In this document: positions 9,164-18,921 of the stretch, one piece after another
Position numbering within the stretch: the stretch's first letter is position 1
Layout of the letters: the number at the start of each line of letters is the position of its first letter
Source: a candidate division FCPU426 bacterium
GTDB lineage: Bacteria > Oederibacteriota > Muellerivitia > Muellerivitales > Muellerivitaceae
Direction of reading: 5' to 3'
Assembly: GCA_963830915.1 (NCBI GenBank)
Contig: CAWHOE010000043.1
Coordinates: 1 to 32,570 of the forward strand
DNA: 32,570 bases
The notes under the pieces: model-generated
Databases searched by the model: none
What the model was told of the DNA's origin: nothing
The model's input: the letters and a program-made list of their open reading frames with translations, nothing else
Position numbers and translations under genes: made by a program

Positions 9164-10975
9164 TCAGATGTCGAGGTTGGTTCGGTACCGCAGGGGGGTC
9201 ATCCTGGTTTTTTTCTTGAAAGCCCGGATGAAATAAACACTGGAAGAAAAACCGCATTCCTGCGCGATCCGGGCGACACTGAACCGGCTGGTGTGCAGCA
9301 TTCGTTTGGCCTCTTCCAACCGTACTTGTTGGACATATTCGTTGAAGCCCATTCCCATCCATTTTCGGACGCGGCGGTGGAATGTGGACCGGGAAAGCCC
9401 CATTTGCTTGGCCACCTTCTGCACCCTCAAGGCCGACCGGAAATGCTCCGAAACGTAAGCCTTCAGTTCCTTGGCGTTGGCTTCCATTTCAGCGGTGGAT
9501 GGGTTCGTTGAGAATTCCGTGAATGTTTGGAGCGCCGTCTTGAACGAGCCGATCAGTTCGTGGGTGGCCCGCAGTTTTTCCAAACGCGATATCCATTCTC
9601 GCAGGGAACCGGAAAGACGGCCGGCGGGCAACAGGAGCTTTTTTTCCAGTGACGCGGCGAAAAGCGAAAGGGCGTCGATGAGGATCACGCGGACAAGGTC
9701 GGTGCGCTCGGCGGTTTGACGCAGTACGTCGCGGAGGTACTGGTCCAGCACGGAAACTTTTTCGGCCCTGGAACCCCGCAGGCGCGACTCGACAAGTTGC
9801 TGGGCATCGGGCCAGGGGTTGCCCCGTTTCAGGGGTTTGATCTCCGATGGCTCGACCTCATCATGGAACAAAATACTTTTATTTTGATGAACGGCCCATT
9901 GCAAAGCCCGGAAGGCCTCCTGGCAGCTGGGATTAAGACCCTCGCCCTCGGGTAAAATAGGCCCGATCCCGACAAAGGCGTGGGTATCGAATAGTTTTTC
10001 CGTCCGCGCGGATATCGAATGGGCTGTTTCCCTTAACTGCAATCTCGCTTGGGTCGGGCTGGAGCCAGGACGGGGCGAAGTGAGGAACGCCAAGCCTTCA
10101 TCCCACACGGAAATCGCCACGGTCTCGTCCAACCGTTGAGCGTAGAAAAACCCCTCGCGTTCCAGGCGTTTTTGCCGGATCATGGAGTCCACAACCCCCA
10201 AAGAGCGGTCGGGTTTATCCACCAGCAAAAGCGCCATGGCCGCCGTCGGCACCCTTCTCATTTTAGTGACGAGCCTGTCCCGTTCGCCAAAACGATTATC
10301 CGGCCAAGGCTGGTCTGACCCCGGAATTTCCAGTCCCAAGGCCTTCAGGGGCCATCCCAGGTCCAGTTTCCATTTTGTGACGACCTTTTGGTTCAGCTCG
10401 GTCGCCCGGGAAGCGATCGCTTCCGGATCCCCCTCGCCGGATATGAGCGACGCGACCATTTCGAGGAGTTCTCGATGCGCGCGGGCTAGGGGTCCGTCCA
10501 AGAGAGGCATGTTGATAGCGTTAAAGACGAAATGCTTGAAATCCGTGTCGTCCGGAGAGGGGACTTTACCGGACCATAACTTCCATTGGCGCTCCAGTTC
10601 CTTGCGGGTTGGAATACTTTTCAAGGAATAGCCGGAGGTTACAAATGCGACGCAATTTCCTTCGCTTAAAACCGGGACGAAATAATCGTGGAACCCCGAA
10701 AAGCTTGTACAAAGCGATTTTTTCTCAGTCATCAAACGTTTGAAATTCATCTGGTTGTAATGGTTTCGGTCTTGTCCAAACCGGTTCTCAAAGTTGATGA
10801 TCCCAAAACTGTTGAGCGGCGGTTGAAGGCAAAGCCATTGGGTCGGTTTCGCGTTCGGGATCAGGTAGCAGGACATCCCGGTGTAATTACGGAAATTGTT
10901 GAATATGGCTTCAAAGGCGCGGAATATTTGAACGGAAGGAGAACTCGCAACCTGAGGGGTTTTTTTGAAGGACAT
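9164..10975 (-). CDS. AraC-family transcriptional regulator with N-terminal PocR-like sensor domain
   Basis: C-terminal double HTH (VQKVAKQMGLSRSTFHRR...RLEEAKRML...IAQECGFSSSVYFIRAFKKKTRMTPLRYR); N-terminal SFSGFHDYFVPVLSEGNCVAFVTSG resembles PocR; central VGIG...S.QEA..AL segment resembles the CdaR-type middle domain. Confidence 0.85.
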   Translation of the reverse strand: MSFKKTPQVASSPSVQIFRAFEAIFNNFRNYTGMSCYLIPNAKPTQWLCLQPPLNSFGIINFENRFGQDRNHYNQMNFKRLMTEKKSLCTSFSGFHDYFVPVLSEGNCVAFVTSGYSLKSIPTRKELERQWKLWSGKVPSPDDTDFKHFVFNAINMPLLDGPLARAHRELLEMVASLISGEGDPEAIASRATELNQKVVTKWKLDLGWPLKALGLEIPGSDQPWPDNRFGERDRLVTKMRRVPTAAMALLLVDKPDRSLGVVDSMIRQKRLEREGFFYAQRLDETVAISVWDEGLAFLTSPRPGSSPTQARLQLRETAHSISARTEKLFDTHAFVGIGPILPEGEGLNPSCQEAFRALQWAVHQNKSILFHDEVEPSEIKPLKRGNPWPDAQQLVESRLRGSRAEKVSVLDQYLRDVLRQTAERTDLVRVILIDALSLFAASLEKKLLLPAGRLSGSLREWISRLEKLRATHELIGSFKTALQTFTEFSTNPSTAEMEANAKELKAYVSEHFRSALRVQKVAKQMGLSRSTFHRRVRKWMGMGFNEYVQQVRLEEAKRMLHTSRFSVARIAQECGFSSSVYFIRAFKKKTRMTPLRYRTNLDI

Positions 10976-11011
10976 TTTTCTATTATGGAAAGAATCTGGG
11001 ACCTGAGCAAC

Positions 11012-11053
11012 GAAATTGGCTTAAACGTTACGGATTTGGTGATGGATTTATAA
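11012..11053 (+). repeat. 42-bp direct repeat, copy 1
   Basis: GAAATTGGCTTAAACGTTACGGATTTGGTGATGGATTTATAA; 39/42 identical to 13081..13122. Confidence 0.9.
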
Positions 11054-11113
11054 CACTGGGGCATGGTTTCTTTCTTAAAGGGGAACCTGGCATTGAGCGC
11101 TGAGGCAGTCTAG

Positions 11114-12682
11114 TCAATTGGGTTTGTATTTCTGGATACATTCACAGGTGGTGGAAGTGACGTAGACGTTTCCAAGAGTATCGACAGCCACACCGTTGGG
11201 ATAAGGTATCTGCCCATTGCCGTAATAATCCGCACCGATGAGAGCCAGGGAATTACCCGAAGTATCGAATTCCTGTACCATGCCAGTGACATTCAGCGGA
11301 GTACTTACCACCACGAAAAGATGGTCGTGGGAATCCATGGCCATCGCGCTTGGACTCCCGTTCATGTTCGAGCTCCAAACCCAGCCCCATTTCAATAGAA
11401 GTTTTCCGTTGGGGTCGAATTTCGAGATGAAGCCATGGTCTGAATTCGCCACGTAAACATTGCCCAGGCTGTCCAGGGCGATGCCTGTGGGATAATCGAG
11501 AGGCCCAACTTCTTGACTATCGGGATCTGACCATTTCTGGAGCATATTCCCGTTGTCGTCGTATTCCCAGGCGAGGCTGGGGTTGGCTTGCGTGACGTGG
11601 ACGTTCCCTGAGGTATCCAGGGCGATTCCGGAAAACTCACTTGCAAAAGTAGTGATCCCATTCCAGCCTTTCACCCAGGCTCCCGAGGGGCTGTATTGCT
11701 CGAAGGGCGTGACGGTCATGCCTTGGTTGAAGATGACATCGATGTTGCCGGATTTCTCCAGGGCCACGCCGCTCGGCACGGTCCAATCGGGACAATTGCC
11801 GTCGAAAAGTATTTCCATCATGTATTTCCCCAAAGAATTCAATTTTTCGACCCTCGCGTTCCCCGAATCCACCACGAATATATTCCCTGTTTTATCGACC
11901 GCTATCCCCGTCGGCCAGTTCAAGGGTCCGTTCCCTCCGCTTCCCAGTTCGGCCACAAGGCTATAGGCCGGAGTCCAGGAGGGATTGACCGTGACCGTTA
12001 CGGTCGGGGTATAAGTGGGGGTATAGGTCAACCAGGGGCTTGGAATAGCGCTCACAGGGGCGGAATAAGTGTTGGTCGGTGTGGGACTGCTGGACGGAAT
12101 AGATGTGCTAGTCGTGGTTGAAGTGGGGCTGCCGGAGTATAGCGGTGTTCCGGTGAGGACAGGCGAATTGGTCGGAGTGCTGGTCATCGTAGAGGTCACC
12201 GAATCTGTCAAAGTCGCGGTACTCGTGACAGTGAATGAAAGCGACACGGTCACCGTGTTGGTGACCGTAGGGGTCATTGAATCCGTTCCGGTCGGGCTGT
12301 CGGATGAAGTGGCCGTGATGATGAGGGTATGGGTGGGAGTGGGGGACCATGTCGGTGTGGGTGTGGTCGTGGCGGTCGGCAAGGGAGTGAAAGTGTTCGG
12401 GGGTGTGGTATTAACGGGAATCCCTGTGGGACTGGAGGTCGGGGTCAGTGTATGGGGCGCTGGGAACGTAGGGGAGTCCGTGGGAGTGGACGGCACGGTC
12501 GGGGAACCGATGACAGTCGGGGTTTGACTGGAAGGAGGGGTGGCCGTGGGCGTTAAGGCATGGTATTCCTCATAGGGCACATCCGGCCCCACTACCGAAA
12601 AGGATCTGCCGCAGCCGATAACAACACACCCACTCAGTAAAAGAAAGATATAAACGAACCGGACCGGATGTTTGGGACCCAT
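11114..12682 (-). CDS. Lipoprotein with Thr/Pro-rich linker and NHL-repeat beta-propeller
   Basis: Start at 12682 (MGPKHPV...) has an AGGGAG SD; lipobox-like VIG-C; long T/P/S linker; NHL motifs (LNWPTGIAVDKTGNIFVVDSGNARV, LDYPTGIALDSLGNVYVA). Confidence 0.85.
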   Translation of the reverse strand: MGPKHPVRFVYIFLLLSGCVVIGCGRSFSVVGPDVPYEEYHALTPTATPPSSQTPTVIGSPTVPSTPTDSPTFPAPHTLTPTSSPTGIPVNTTPPNTFTPLPTATTTPTPTWSPTPTHTLIITATSSDSPTGTDSMTPTVTNTVTVSLSFTVTSTATLTDSVTSTMTSTPTNSPVLTGTPLYSGSPTSTTTSTSIPSSSPTPTNTYSAPVSAIPSPWLTYTPTYTPTVTVTVNPSWTPAYSLVAELGSGGNGPLNWPTGIAVDKTGNIFVVDSGNARVEKLNSLGKYMMEILFDGNCPDWTVPSGVALEKSGNIDVIFNQGMTVTPFEQYSPSGAWVKGWNGITTFASEFSGIALDTSGNVHVTQANPSLAWEYDDNGNMLQKWSDPDSQEVGPLDYPTGIALDSLGNVYVANSDHGFISKFDPNGKLLLKWGWVWSSNMNGSPSAMAMDSHDHLFVVVSTPLNVTGMVQEFDTSGNSLALIGADYYGNGQIPYPNGVAVDTLGNVYVTSTTCECIQKYKPN

Positions 12683-13080
12683 CGAACGCTCCCTAAAATA
12701 AGAATGCATTAAATTAGACCGCATCTGTTGAAGGAGCATTTTCCATGCCAAGGATTAAAGGCTCAAATAGAAGGAAAATGGCGTTGGTGGACTTGGTTTG
12801 AATCGATAAAAGGATATAAAGGAAAGTAAAAAATATGTCTTATGGTCAGTGAATCGATTGTTCCTTTGCCAATGGGACAGGCTTGGTTGCTGGTAATTTC
12901 AAGAAGAACGGTTGTTTTACCTGGTTGGTATTTCCTCGTGAAGGCGATTGGGAGTCGATCGCGACTAAAATCACAAGACTAAAGAAGAAATTGATAAGAA
13001 CTCCGACTGATATTGAGAGCCCGTAATTCAACTGGAAATAAAAAAGTGTCTCGAAATAGAGGAAAAGGCGTGGGAACGAA

Positions 13081-13123
13081 GAAATTGGCTTAAATGTTAA
13101 GGATTTGGTGATGGGTTTATAAT
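13081..13123 (+). promoter_or_regulatory. 42-bp direct repeat, copy 2; probable promoter of the serpin cluster
   Basis: GAAATTGGCTTAAATGTTAAGGATTTGGTGATGGGTTTATAAT ends in TATAAT about 60 nt before the serpin ATG. Confidence 0.6.
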
Positions 13124-13183
13124 GTGTTTATTCATTCGTGTACTTGCGGGATGGTATGAAGCGTTTTATTCAGGGAGGCAGAT

Positions 13184-14497
13184 ATGAAAAATTACTTATC
13201 CATGGGTGTTTTAATAATTTTTATCCTTCTCGGAACAATGGTTCCAACCGTTTTCGCCCAGGAAAAACCCACTCCCCAACCGACCATTGATCCCCTTGTC
13301 GATATAGCCGAAGGCAATAACGCTTTTGGTTTGGAGCTATATCACAAACTCGCGAAAACAGTAACTAACGACAAAAACCTGTTCATGTCCCCTTACAGCA
13401 TCTCAACGGCGCTTGTCATGACCTGGGTGGGCGCGCGAAATGACACCGAATCCCAGATGGCCCAGGTCCTTCACATAAAGGGTGATCGAGATACCGTAGG
13501 GGAGAACTTCCATCAACTCCAGAGTTCTTTGGAATTATCTGCTGTGAAAACCGATGTTCGAAAAGAGGACGCGGTAAATACCAACCAGCAAGAAACTTCG
13601 AATTCTGCCCCTTTATTCGATCTGAAGATCGCCAATTCCCTTTGGCTTCAAGAGGGTACCGAATATCTCCAACCCTTTTTGGATGTTTTGGGGAACGATT
13701 TCAAGGCCCCGCCGAGAAAGGTGAATTTTTCCAATACCGAACCAGTACGTTTGCAAATCAACCAATGGGTGGAAGAAAAAACCGAACAAAAGATAAAAGA
13801 TTTGATCGCTCCTGGAATTCTTAATGACCAGACGAAAATGGTGTTGGTGAACGCGATCTACTTTAAAGCTAATTGGCTGTATCCATTTGATATAAATCAA
13901 ACACTTGGCGTTACTTTTCATCTGGGAGATGGAAATACCATTCAAGTTCCAATGATGCATCAAAAGAAACGATTGATGATCGCCGAAAATGAGAAATTCC
14001 AGGTCTTGGAACTTCCTTATAAAGGAAATCGACTTTCGATGGTGGTCATTTTACCGAGGGATTCCAAGGATTTAATCGGTTGGGAGAAAAATCTAAATTC
14101 GGATCTATTGAATAAGTGTTTATCTCAAATGGAACCGGGAATGGTCCGGGTATGTTTTCCAAAGTTTAAATTTTCTTTTGGAAGTGTAGACCTGACTTCT
14201 CAATTATCTGGTATGGGTATGTCGGACGCGTTTGGTACTAAGGCCGATTTTTCAGGTATGACAGGGTCAAAAGACCTGCTTATTTCGCATGTTTTGCACA
14301 AGGCATTCATCAATGTCGATGAAAAGGGGACCGAAGCCGCGGCCGCGACTGCTTCTGTAATATCAGTGACGAGTATGAAATTCGGAAAAATCGTTTATTT
14401 CAACGCGGATCACCCGTTTTTGTTCCTGATCAGGGATATGGAAACAAAAAGCATACTTTTCATTGGCCGTGTGGCGAACCCGACCTTAGAAGAATAG
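13184..14497 (+). CDS. Secreted serpin (serine protease inhibitor)
   Basis: GGGAGG SD; Sec signal ending VFA; NNAFGLELY, NLFMSPYSI, INQWVEEKT..KI, LVNAIYFKANW, hinge VDEKGTEAAAAT and FNADHPFLFLIRD. Confidence 0.97.
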   Translation: MKNYLSMGVLIIFILLGTMVPTVFAQEKPTPQPTIDPLVDIAEGNNAFGLELYHKLAKTVTNDKNLFMSPYSISTALVMTWVGARNDTESQMAQVLHIKGDRDTVGENFHQLQSSLELSAVKTDVRKEDAVNTNQQETSNSAPLFDLKIANSLWLQEGTEYLQPFLDVLGNDFKAPPRKVNFSNTEPVRLQINQWVEEKTEQKIKDLIAPGILNDQTKMVLVNAIYFKANWLYPFDINQTLGVTFHLGDGNTIQVPMMHQKKRLMIAENEKFQVLELPYKGNRLSMVVILPRDSKDLIGWEKNLNSDLLNKCLSQMEPGMVRVCFPKFKFSFGSVDLTSQLSGMGMSDAFGTKADFSGMTGSKDLLISHVLHKAFINVDEKGTEAAAATASVISVTSMKFGKIVYFNADHPFLFLIRDMETKSILFIGRVANPTLEE

Positions 14498-14556
14498 GGT
14501 GTTTTGGCGGCATAGGGCGGGTTGATGGATTTACGAGGATCGTAAAAGGAGTATTC

Positions 14557-15324
14557 ATGAATAAAACCCTATTTGTTGGTGTAAGTCTCTGCTTTTTCGT
14601 TTATCCCTTATTCGCGGGCGCTCAATCCACTGTCCTCACGCCCGTCGAAGGGGTCGCTACCACCCCTACCGCCCTATCCACGCCAGTCCAAGGGGATGTG
14701 TCGGCTCCATCCATGTTATCGACCTTGGCCAACACGGAAAAATCCCCATTGGATGACAAGATCAAGGCGGCTCAGCAAGAAGTCACCGATATGACCAATC
14801 AACGTTCTGATACCGGCCTCACCTATAACCATATGCTTCGAACGAACGTGGAAAACCTGATGCGGGAAAAGGCCGAGGAACTGAAAAAGGGGGGCGATAA
14901 CGCGAAAGCGGAGGAGATATTAAAGACGATCGATGAGTGGGAAGTCATCCGCAACCGAGAATGGGACCAGGACGATGTCCTGCTTGAAAAAAAGAGCGCG
15001 TTACAGCAATTGAGGATCGACCGAGCGATAGAACTGAATAAGTACGCTTCTAATAAGTACTCGGAAATTGGGAATGAAAAGAAGGTTAAGGAGCTGAAGG
15101 AAAGCGAAAATCTTCTGGAGCAAATGAAAACCCAGGAAAGCCAATATCTTCAATTAAGCAAGGACCTGCTGAGGGCACGGCAGAATTACGATCTCAAGAA
15201 AGCGGATGAATTACGACAAAAGCAGAAAGCCTTGAGGGATCAGCTGGACGACCTGACGAAACAGTCGAAACAAAAAATTAAAACGTTGGAAACCCAGCAG
15301 GATATAAACGAACAGAACCTATAA
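14557..15324 (+). CDS. Exported coiled-coil hypothetical protein
   Basis: AAGGAG SD; signal peptide; E/K/Q/L-rich helical sequence. Confidence 0.8.
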   Translation: MNKTLFVGVSLCFFVYPLFAGAQSTVLTPVEGVATTPTALSTPVQGDVSAPSMLSTLANTEKSPLDDKIKAAQQEVTDMTNQRSDTGLTYNHMLRTNVENLMREKAEELKKGGDNAKAEEILKTIDEWEVIRNREWDQDDVLLEKKSALQQLRIDRAIELNKYASNKYSEIGNEKKVKELKESENLLEQMKTQESQYLQLSKDLLRARQNYDLKKADELRQKQKALRDQLDDLTKQSKQKIKTLETQQDINEQNL

Positions 15325-15377
15325 AGAGGGCGGAATGGGCGAGTTTCGACCAATTATTTAGTAAAGTCGAGGCATAT

Positions 15378-16886
15378 ATGAATCGATCATTTGTATTAGC
15401 TAGCCTCATTGGTTTGTTTATGTCTTTTGTGGCATACCCATTAGAAGCATCCCAAACCCGGGTCGATTCGACCGGTGGGTTGGACATGGTATTAACCGAC
15501 GAAACCACGGACATCAATCCCTACAATCTTGATAATCCCGCTGGTCTATCCCTTTTACCCGCTGGAAGTCGCATTGAGATCGGCGTTCCTTATTATTCCG
15601 TTACGAACAAGAGTGGTTCGTACAATGACACTACTTACGGGTTATCCGCTGGCTCAACTCTGGGTTTTTCTTCTGTCGCGAACGGCGAAAAGTACCAGGG
15701 ATTTCTCGATGTGCCGAATAATGGTTTGGCTTTTCAGGTATTTGGAAGTCTTGTTGATGATAATTCTCAAGGGTCGGTAAGCATTCCAACTCAAACAGGA
15801 GATGAATTAATAAATGTCTCAAAGCAATTTGGCCGTTTTTCAATTGGCACAGAATTGGAATTTATCGAATGGACATCCACGTACCCCGCTGACTACCCTG
15901 GTACCGGTCCTAATACATCATCGTGGTCGGCTAAAACAGGCTTTCTCTACAACATTCCGTTAGATGAGGGTGGAACGGGTAAATTCTTAAGATTAGGTGG
16001 GTCGTTTTTATTTAATGTTCTTCCTTTGGCACAAAGCCATGATTTAACTTTATCTCCCGCCGCCTCAATAAAAGAAACCGAAAAAATTTATAATGATGAT
16101 TTTGAACCATGTTTTTATCTGGATATTCCTGGTTCCTTCCAAGGGGGGCTTTTAGTGAAAATGCTTCATTACTCTGAGACGGATGAGATTACAAGTACAA
16201 ATGTCTCTTATGCGCCTGATTTAACGCCATCTGTAATTGAAACGGATGATTCAGAACAACTTGTCGCGATCTACAAATGGAAGATACCTTTATCCGATTC
16301 TGGAGATCCACATCCATTCACTTTTAATCAGGGCGGTTCTTTGTCCACTGGAATTTCCACTTATAACGACTATTACTCTACTGGAAATAATTACGCCAAC
16401 TACCAGATAAACAATACCCAATACAAATTTGGCATTGGGTTAGAAAGGGATAAAAACTTTACGATTGGTATCCAACTGGACGGTATCACAAGCGGACTGA
16501 ATGTAATTAGCAGTACGTATTTGGGTTATCCACAATGGAACCATTCCAAGACTCAATTGACTTTAGGGGGCGAGAAATGGCTAACTCAAAACTTGACCTT
16601 GCGCATAGGTTTCACTTATTTGGATGAAAAATATCCGCCAATTAACTCAATAGGCTTATGGATATCGACTGATTATTTTGACATATACGCTGGTGAGGAA
16701 ATATCCGGCATTTGTTGGTCGACCGGAGTGGGTTATGAGGATAAATCCCTGCGACTGGAGGGTTTGATGTTCCTGGAGCAACCTCAATCTACCGGGGGTG
16801 ATTCGTATAATTCATATACCGGTCCTGATTATGCCTATACCGTCTTTGGGGGCCAATTGTCCGTGGCGTGGTTATTTGGGCAATAG
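15378..16886 (+). CDS. Outer-membrane beta-barrel protein, FadL/PorV-like N-terminus
   Basis: Signal peptide; N-terminal R...GG...D......NPAGL plug-type motif; amphipathic strands; terminal LSVAWLF. Confidence 0.7.
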   Translation: MNRSFVLASLIGLFMSFVAYPLEASQTRVDSTGGLDMVLTDETTDINPYNLDNPAGLSLLPAGSRIEIGVPYYSVTNKSGSYNDTTYGLSAGSTLGFSSVANGEKYQGFLDVPNNGLAFQVFGSLVDDNSQGSVSIPTQTGDELINVSKQFGRFSIGTELEFIEWTSTYPADYPGTGPNTSSWSAKTGFLYNIPLDEGGTGKFLRLGGSFLFNVLPLAQSHDLTLSPAASIKETEKIYNDDFEPCFYLDIPGSFQGGLLVKMLHYSETDEITSTNVSYAPDLTPSVIETDDSEQLVAIYKWKIPLSDSGDPHPFTFNQGGSLSTGISTYNDYYSTGNNYANYQINNTQYKFGIGLERDKNFTIGIQLDGITSGLNVISSTYLGYPQWNHSKTQLTLGGEKWLTQNLTLRIGFTYLDEKYPPINSIGLWISTDYFDIYAGEEISGICWSTGVGYEDKSLRLEGLMFLEQPQSTGGDSYNSYTGPDYAYTVFGGQLSVAWLFGQ

Positions 16887-16987
16887 TTATGTTGGGTTGG
16901 GAAATATTAGGATTTGGTTTTGTTTAAATGACCTTAAAATGTGTTCGATGGTGGGCTGAACCCCATTATTTTACGCAAAGGTGACCT

Positions 16988-18682
16988 ATGCGGACGATCT
17001 ATAGGTTTTATTTGTATTGGAAATACTTTTTTCAGTTTCTTTTCGAGAATCATCCCAAACTATTAAAAAGAACTAAAGACAGTTTGGTCTGCGGCGTATC
17101 GTTGTCCATTCCATTTGTCATCGCCAATTACAGGCCATGGCCTTATTGGCATGATGCGTATTTTATTTGTATCACCATAATGGGATTTGGGCTGGTGCTA
17201 TCGGGCGTTACCTATTTCCTTTTCCATGTCGCAAAAGCTTTGATCCACGACATTAAATACGCCCTCGACACCGCCCGTCGAAAAAAGTTCGACCCGAAAA
17301 AGTATTACGTCTGTTACGACAAATACGATGTACCCCTTCCTGAACCGCAAGATATATCCATCGCCCGTATCCAGCTAGGCACACCCTTTCGTATGTTTAT
17401 TCCTCCCGGCGCGGTCGAGCGCATGACCCTTTCGCTCAGCGCGGTCGGTCTTTTAACACCCATCAAGGTGCGGCCCCTCACACCCGAGGAAAAAGCCAAG
17501 GACTCGGAACATGATCATCTTCTTATCTGCGGTCAGATACGGCTTCGGGGGGCCATTCAACTGGGATGGGAAAAGATAAAGGCCTACGTCCTGGAACTGG
17601 ATCTTGAACAAAGCATCAGCGAGGCAGCCATCGATAACCGCCATCCCATTAAGGATTGGGTGACTGAATATGAAGGAGTATGGGATCAATTGGCTGAGCA
17701 TCCCACGGTGACCATGGAGATGTTCGCGCAGCTCACCAGCCGGAAACTCGGGGAAATCCGTCTATTTCTTGGTGTCTTGGACCTTTTGACTCCGAAAGCC
17801 CGAAAAATGATCCGGGAAAGCGTCTTGAGTTGCGAGGAAGAATATATCGAACTGCACCGTGAGCCGATCGACGAGTACAAGGCCCAATTCCTCGCGGGTT
17901 TAACCGGGCTCTGTCACGACATCTGTCTCACCCGTGAGTTAGTGGAAAGGACCGTTCGTTACGCCCTTAAGTGGGAAATGGGAGGGGAGGAAATTGAAGA
18001 AATGGTGGGGTGGGTCAAGGATGGTTTCTATCCGGAAGATTTCGGCAAGGAGGAAGGGCCCCAATTGCGTAGTTGGAAAGAACGGGACACCCAGGAACCT
18101 CAATGGCCTGAGTACCTCACAAAACACGGTCCAGCCGAGGCAGGTCAAGTGGAACGAATGGAAACAAAGCAAGATCAGGGCATGAAAACGGTGCGTGTTT
18201 CCCAGGAAAATATCAGGACAAACCCATATGACCCGAGGGTGATACAGGAAGGGGGCCTAAAATCATTCGCGAAATTCATCCATAAATGCTTAAGCCAGAA
18301 AGGGCTGGGGACATCCCAAAAGAACAACTATGAGTGGGGTGTCCGGGCCATGATGGCCTGGTTCGACATGAAACAACCGAACGCTTTCCCCCTGTTTGAG
18401 CCGGGGCCAGGAAGGATCGAGGAACCGGTTTATGTTTTCTACATTTCCAAGGTGGGGAACCGGCCTATCCAATGGCTCGTGGCGGCGGAGGTTGATGATA
18501 TCCTGAGAGGCTGTCATCTCCAATACGACCCTATTTGGGCCAAGGAATACTGTAAGTGTATCCAGGTAGGCCTGCTTGACCGCCTAGCCCAAAAGAATGG
18601 ATCGCCGCTGGAAGGTCTCTGGGCAGGGGGAGCCTGCGGCGGCGACGCGGTTTATACCGTTTATCCCCAGGTCAAGGTATGA
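16988..18682 (+). CDS. ParB/Srx-domain protein with N-terminal transmembrane segments and an unrecognised C-terminal domain
   Basis: Hydrophobic segments at ~aa 33-47 and 57-86; ParB N-domain LSLSAVGLLTPIKVRP...LLICGQIRLRGAIQLGWEKIKAYV...AAIDN; HTH-like TMEMFAQLTSRKLGEIRLFLGVLDL. Confidence 0.75.
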   Translation: MRTIYRFYLYWKYFFQFLFENHPKLLKRTKDSLVCGVSLSIPFVIANYRPWPYWHDAYFICITIMGFGLVLSGVTYFLFHVAKALIHDIKYALDTARRKKFDPKKYYVCYDKYDVPLPEPQDISIARIQLGTPFRMFIPPGAVERMTLSLSAVGLLTPIKVRPLTPEEKAKDSEHDHLLICGQIRLRGAIQLGWEKIKAYVLELDLEQSISEAAIDNRHPIKDWVTEYEGVWDQLAEHPTVTMEMFAQLTSRKLGEIRLFLGVLDLLTPKARKMIRESVLSCEEEYIELHREPIDEYKAQFLAGLTGLCHDICLTRELVERTVRYALKWEMGGEEIEEMVGWVKDGFYPEDFGKEEGPQLRSWKERDTQEPQWPEYLTKHGPAEAGQVERMETKQDQGMKTVRVSQENIRTNPYDPRVIQEGGLKSFAKFIHKCLSQKGLGTSQKNNYEWGVRAMMAWFDMKQPNAFPLFEPGPGRIEEPVYVFYISKVGNRPIQWLVAAEVDDILRGCHLQYDPIWAKEYCKCIQVGLLDRLAQKNGSPLEGLWAGGACGGDAVYTVYPQVKV

Positions 18683-18762
18683 AGGAATAGTGATTTCGTA
18701 CCGGGCGAAAGAGGCCTTTCCGGTGACCAGAAGGCCGCTTCCGGTGGGTTATCCCTGGCAGT

Positions 18763-18855
18763 CCACCGGCACTCCCACCGACATTTCGGGGTTCCACCGA
18801 CATATCCACCGGCATTCCCACCGGCATTTAGGGGTCTCCACCGACATGTCCACCC
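18763..18855 (+). repeat. Array 1: CCACCGRCA repeats
   Basis: Full cores at 18763, 18775, 18794, 18806, 18818 and 18838, plus a partial at 18850; spacings 12,19,12,12,20,12. Confidence 0.9.
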
Positions 18856-18921
18856 CCCTTCGCACTGGCGTGCTACGGGGGACAGGCTGGCATTATGGAT
18901 GATCTGGGCAATAAGGCTATT

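Noticed and set aside
215..12556. Val/Gly-rich ORFs antisense to the Thr/Pro linkers (215-622, 2271-2618, 6736-7866, 12069-12527)
   Set aside because: These are shadow frames: ACN codons read as Val/Gly-rich sequence on the opposite strand.
12846..13031. 61-aa small membrane protein
   Set aside because: TTG start, weak SD and no recognisable motif; it cannot be supported from sequence alone.
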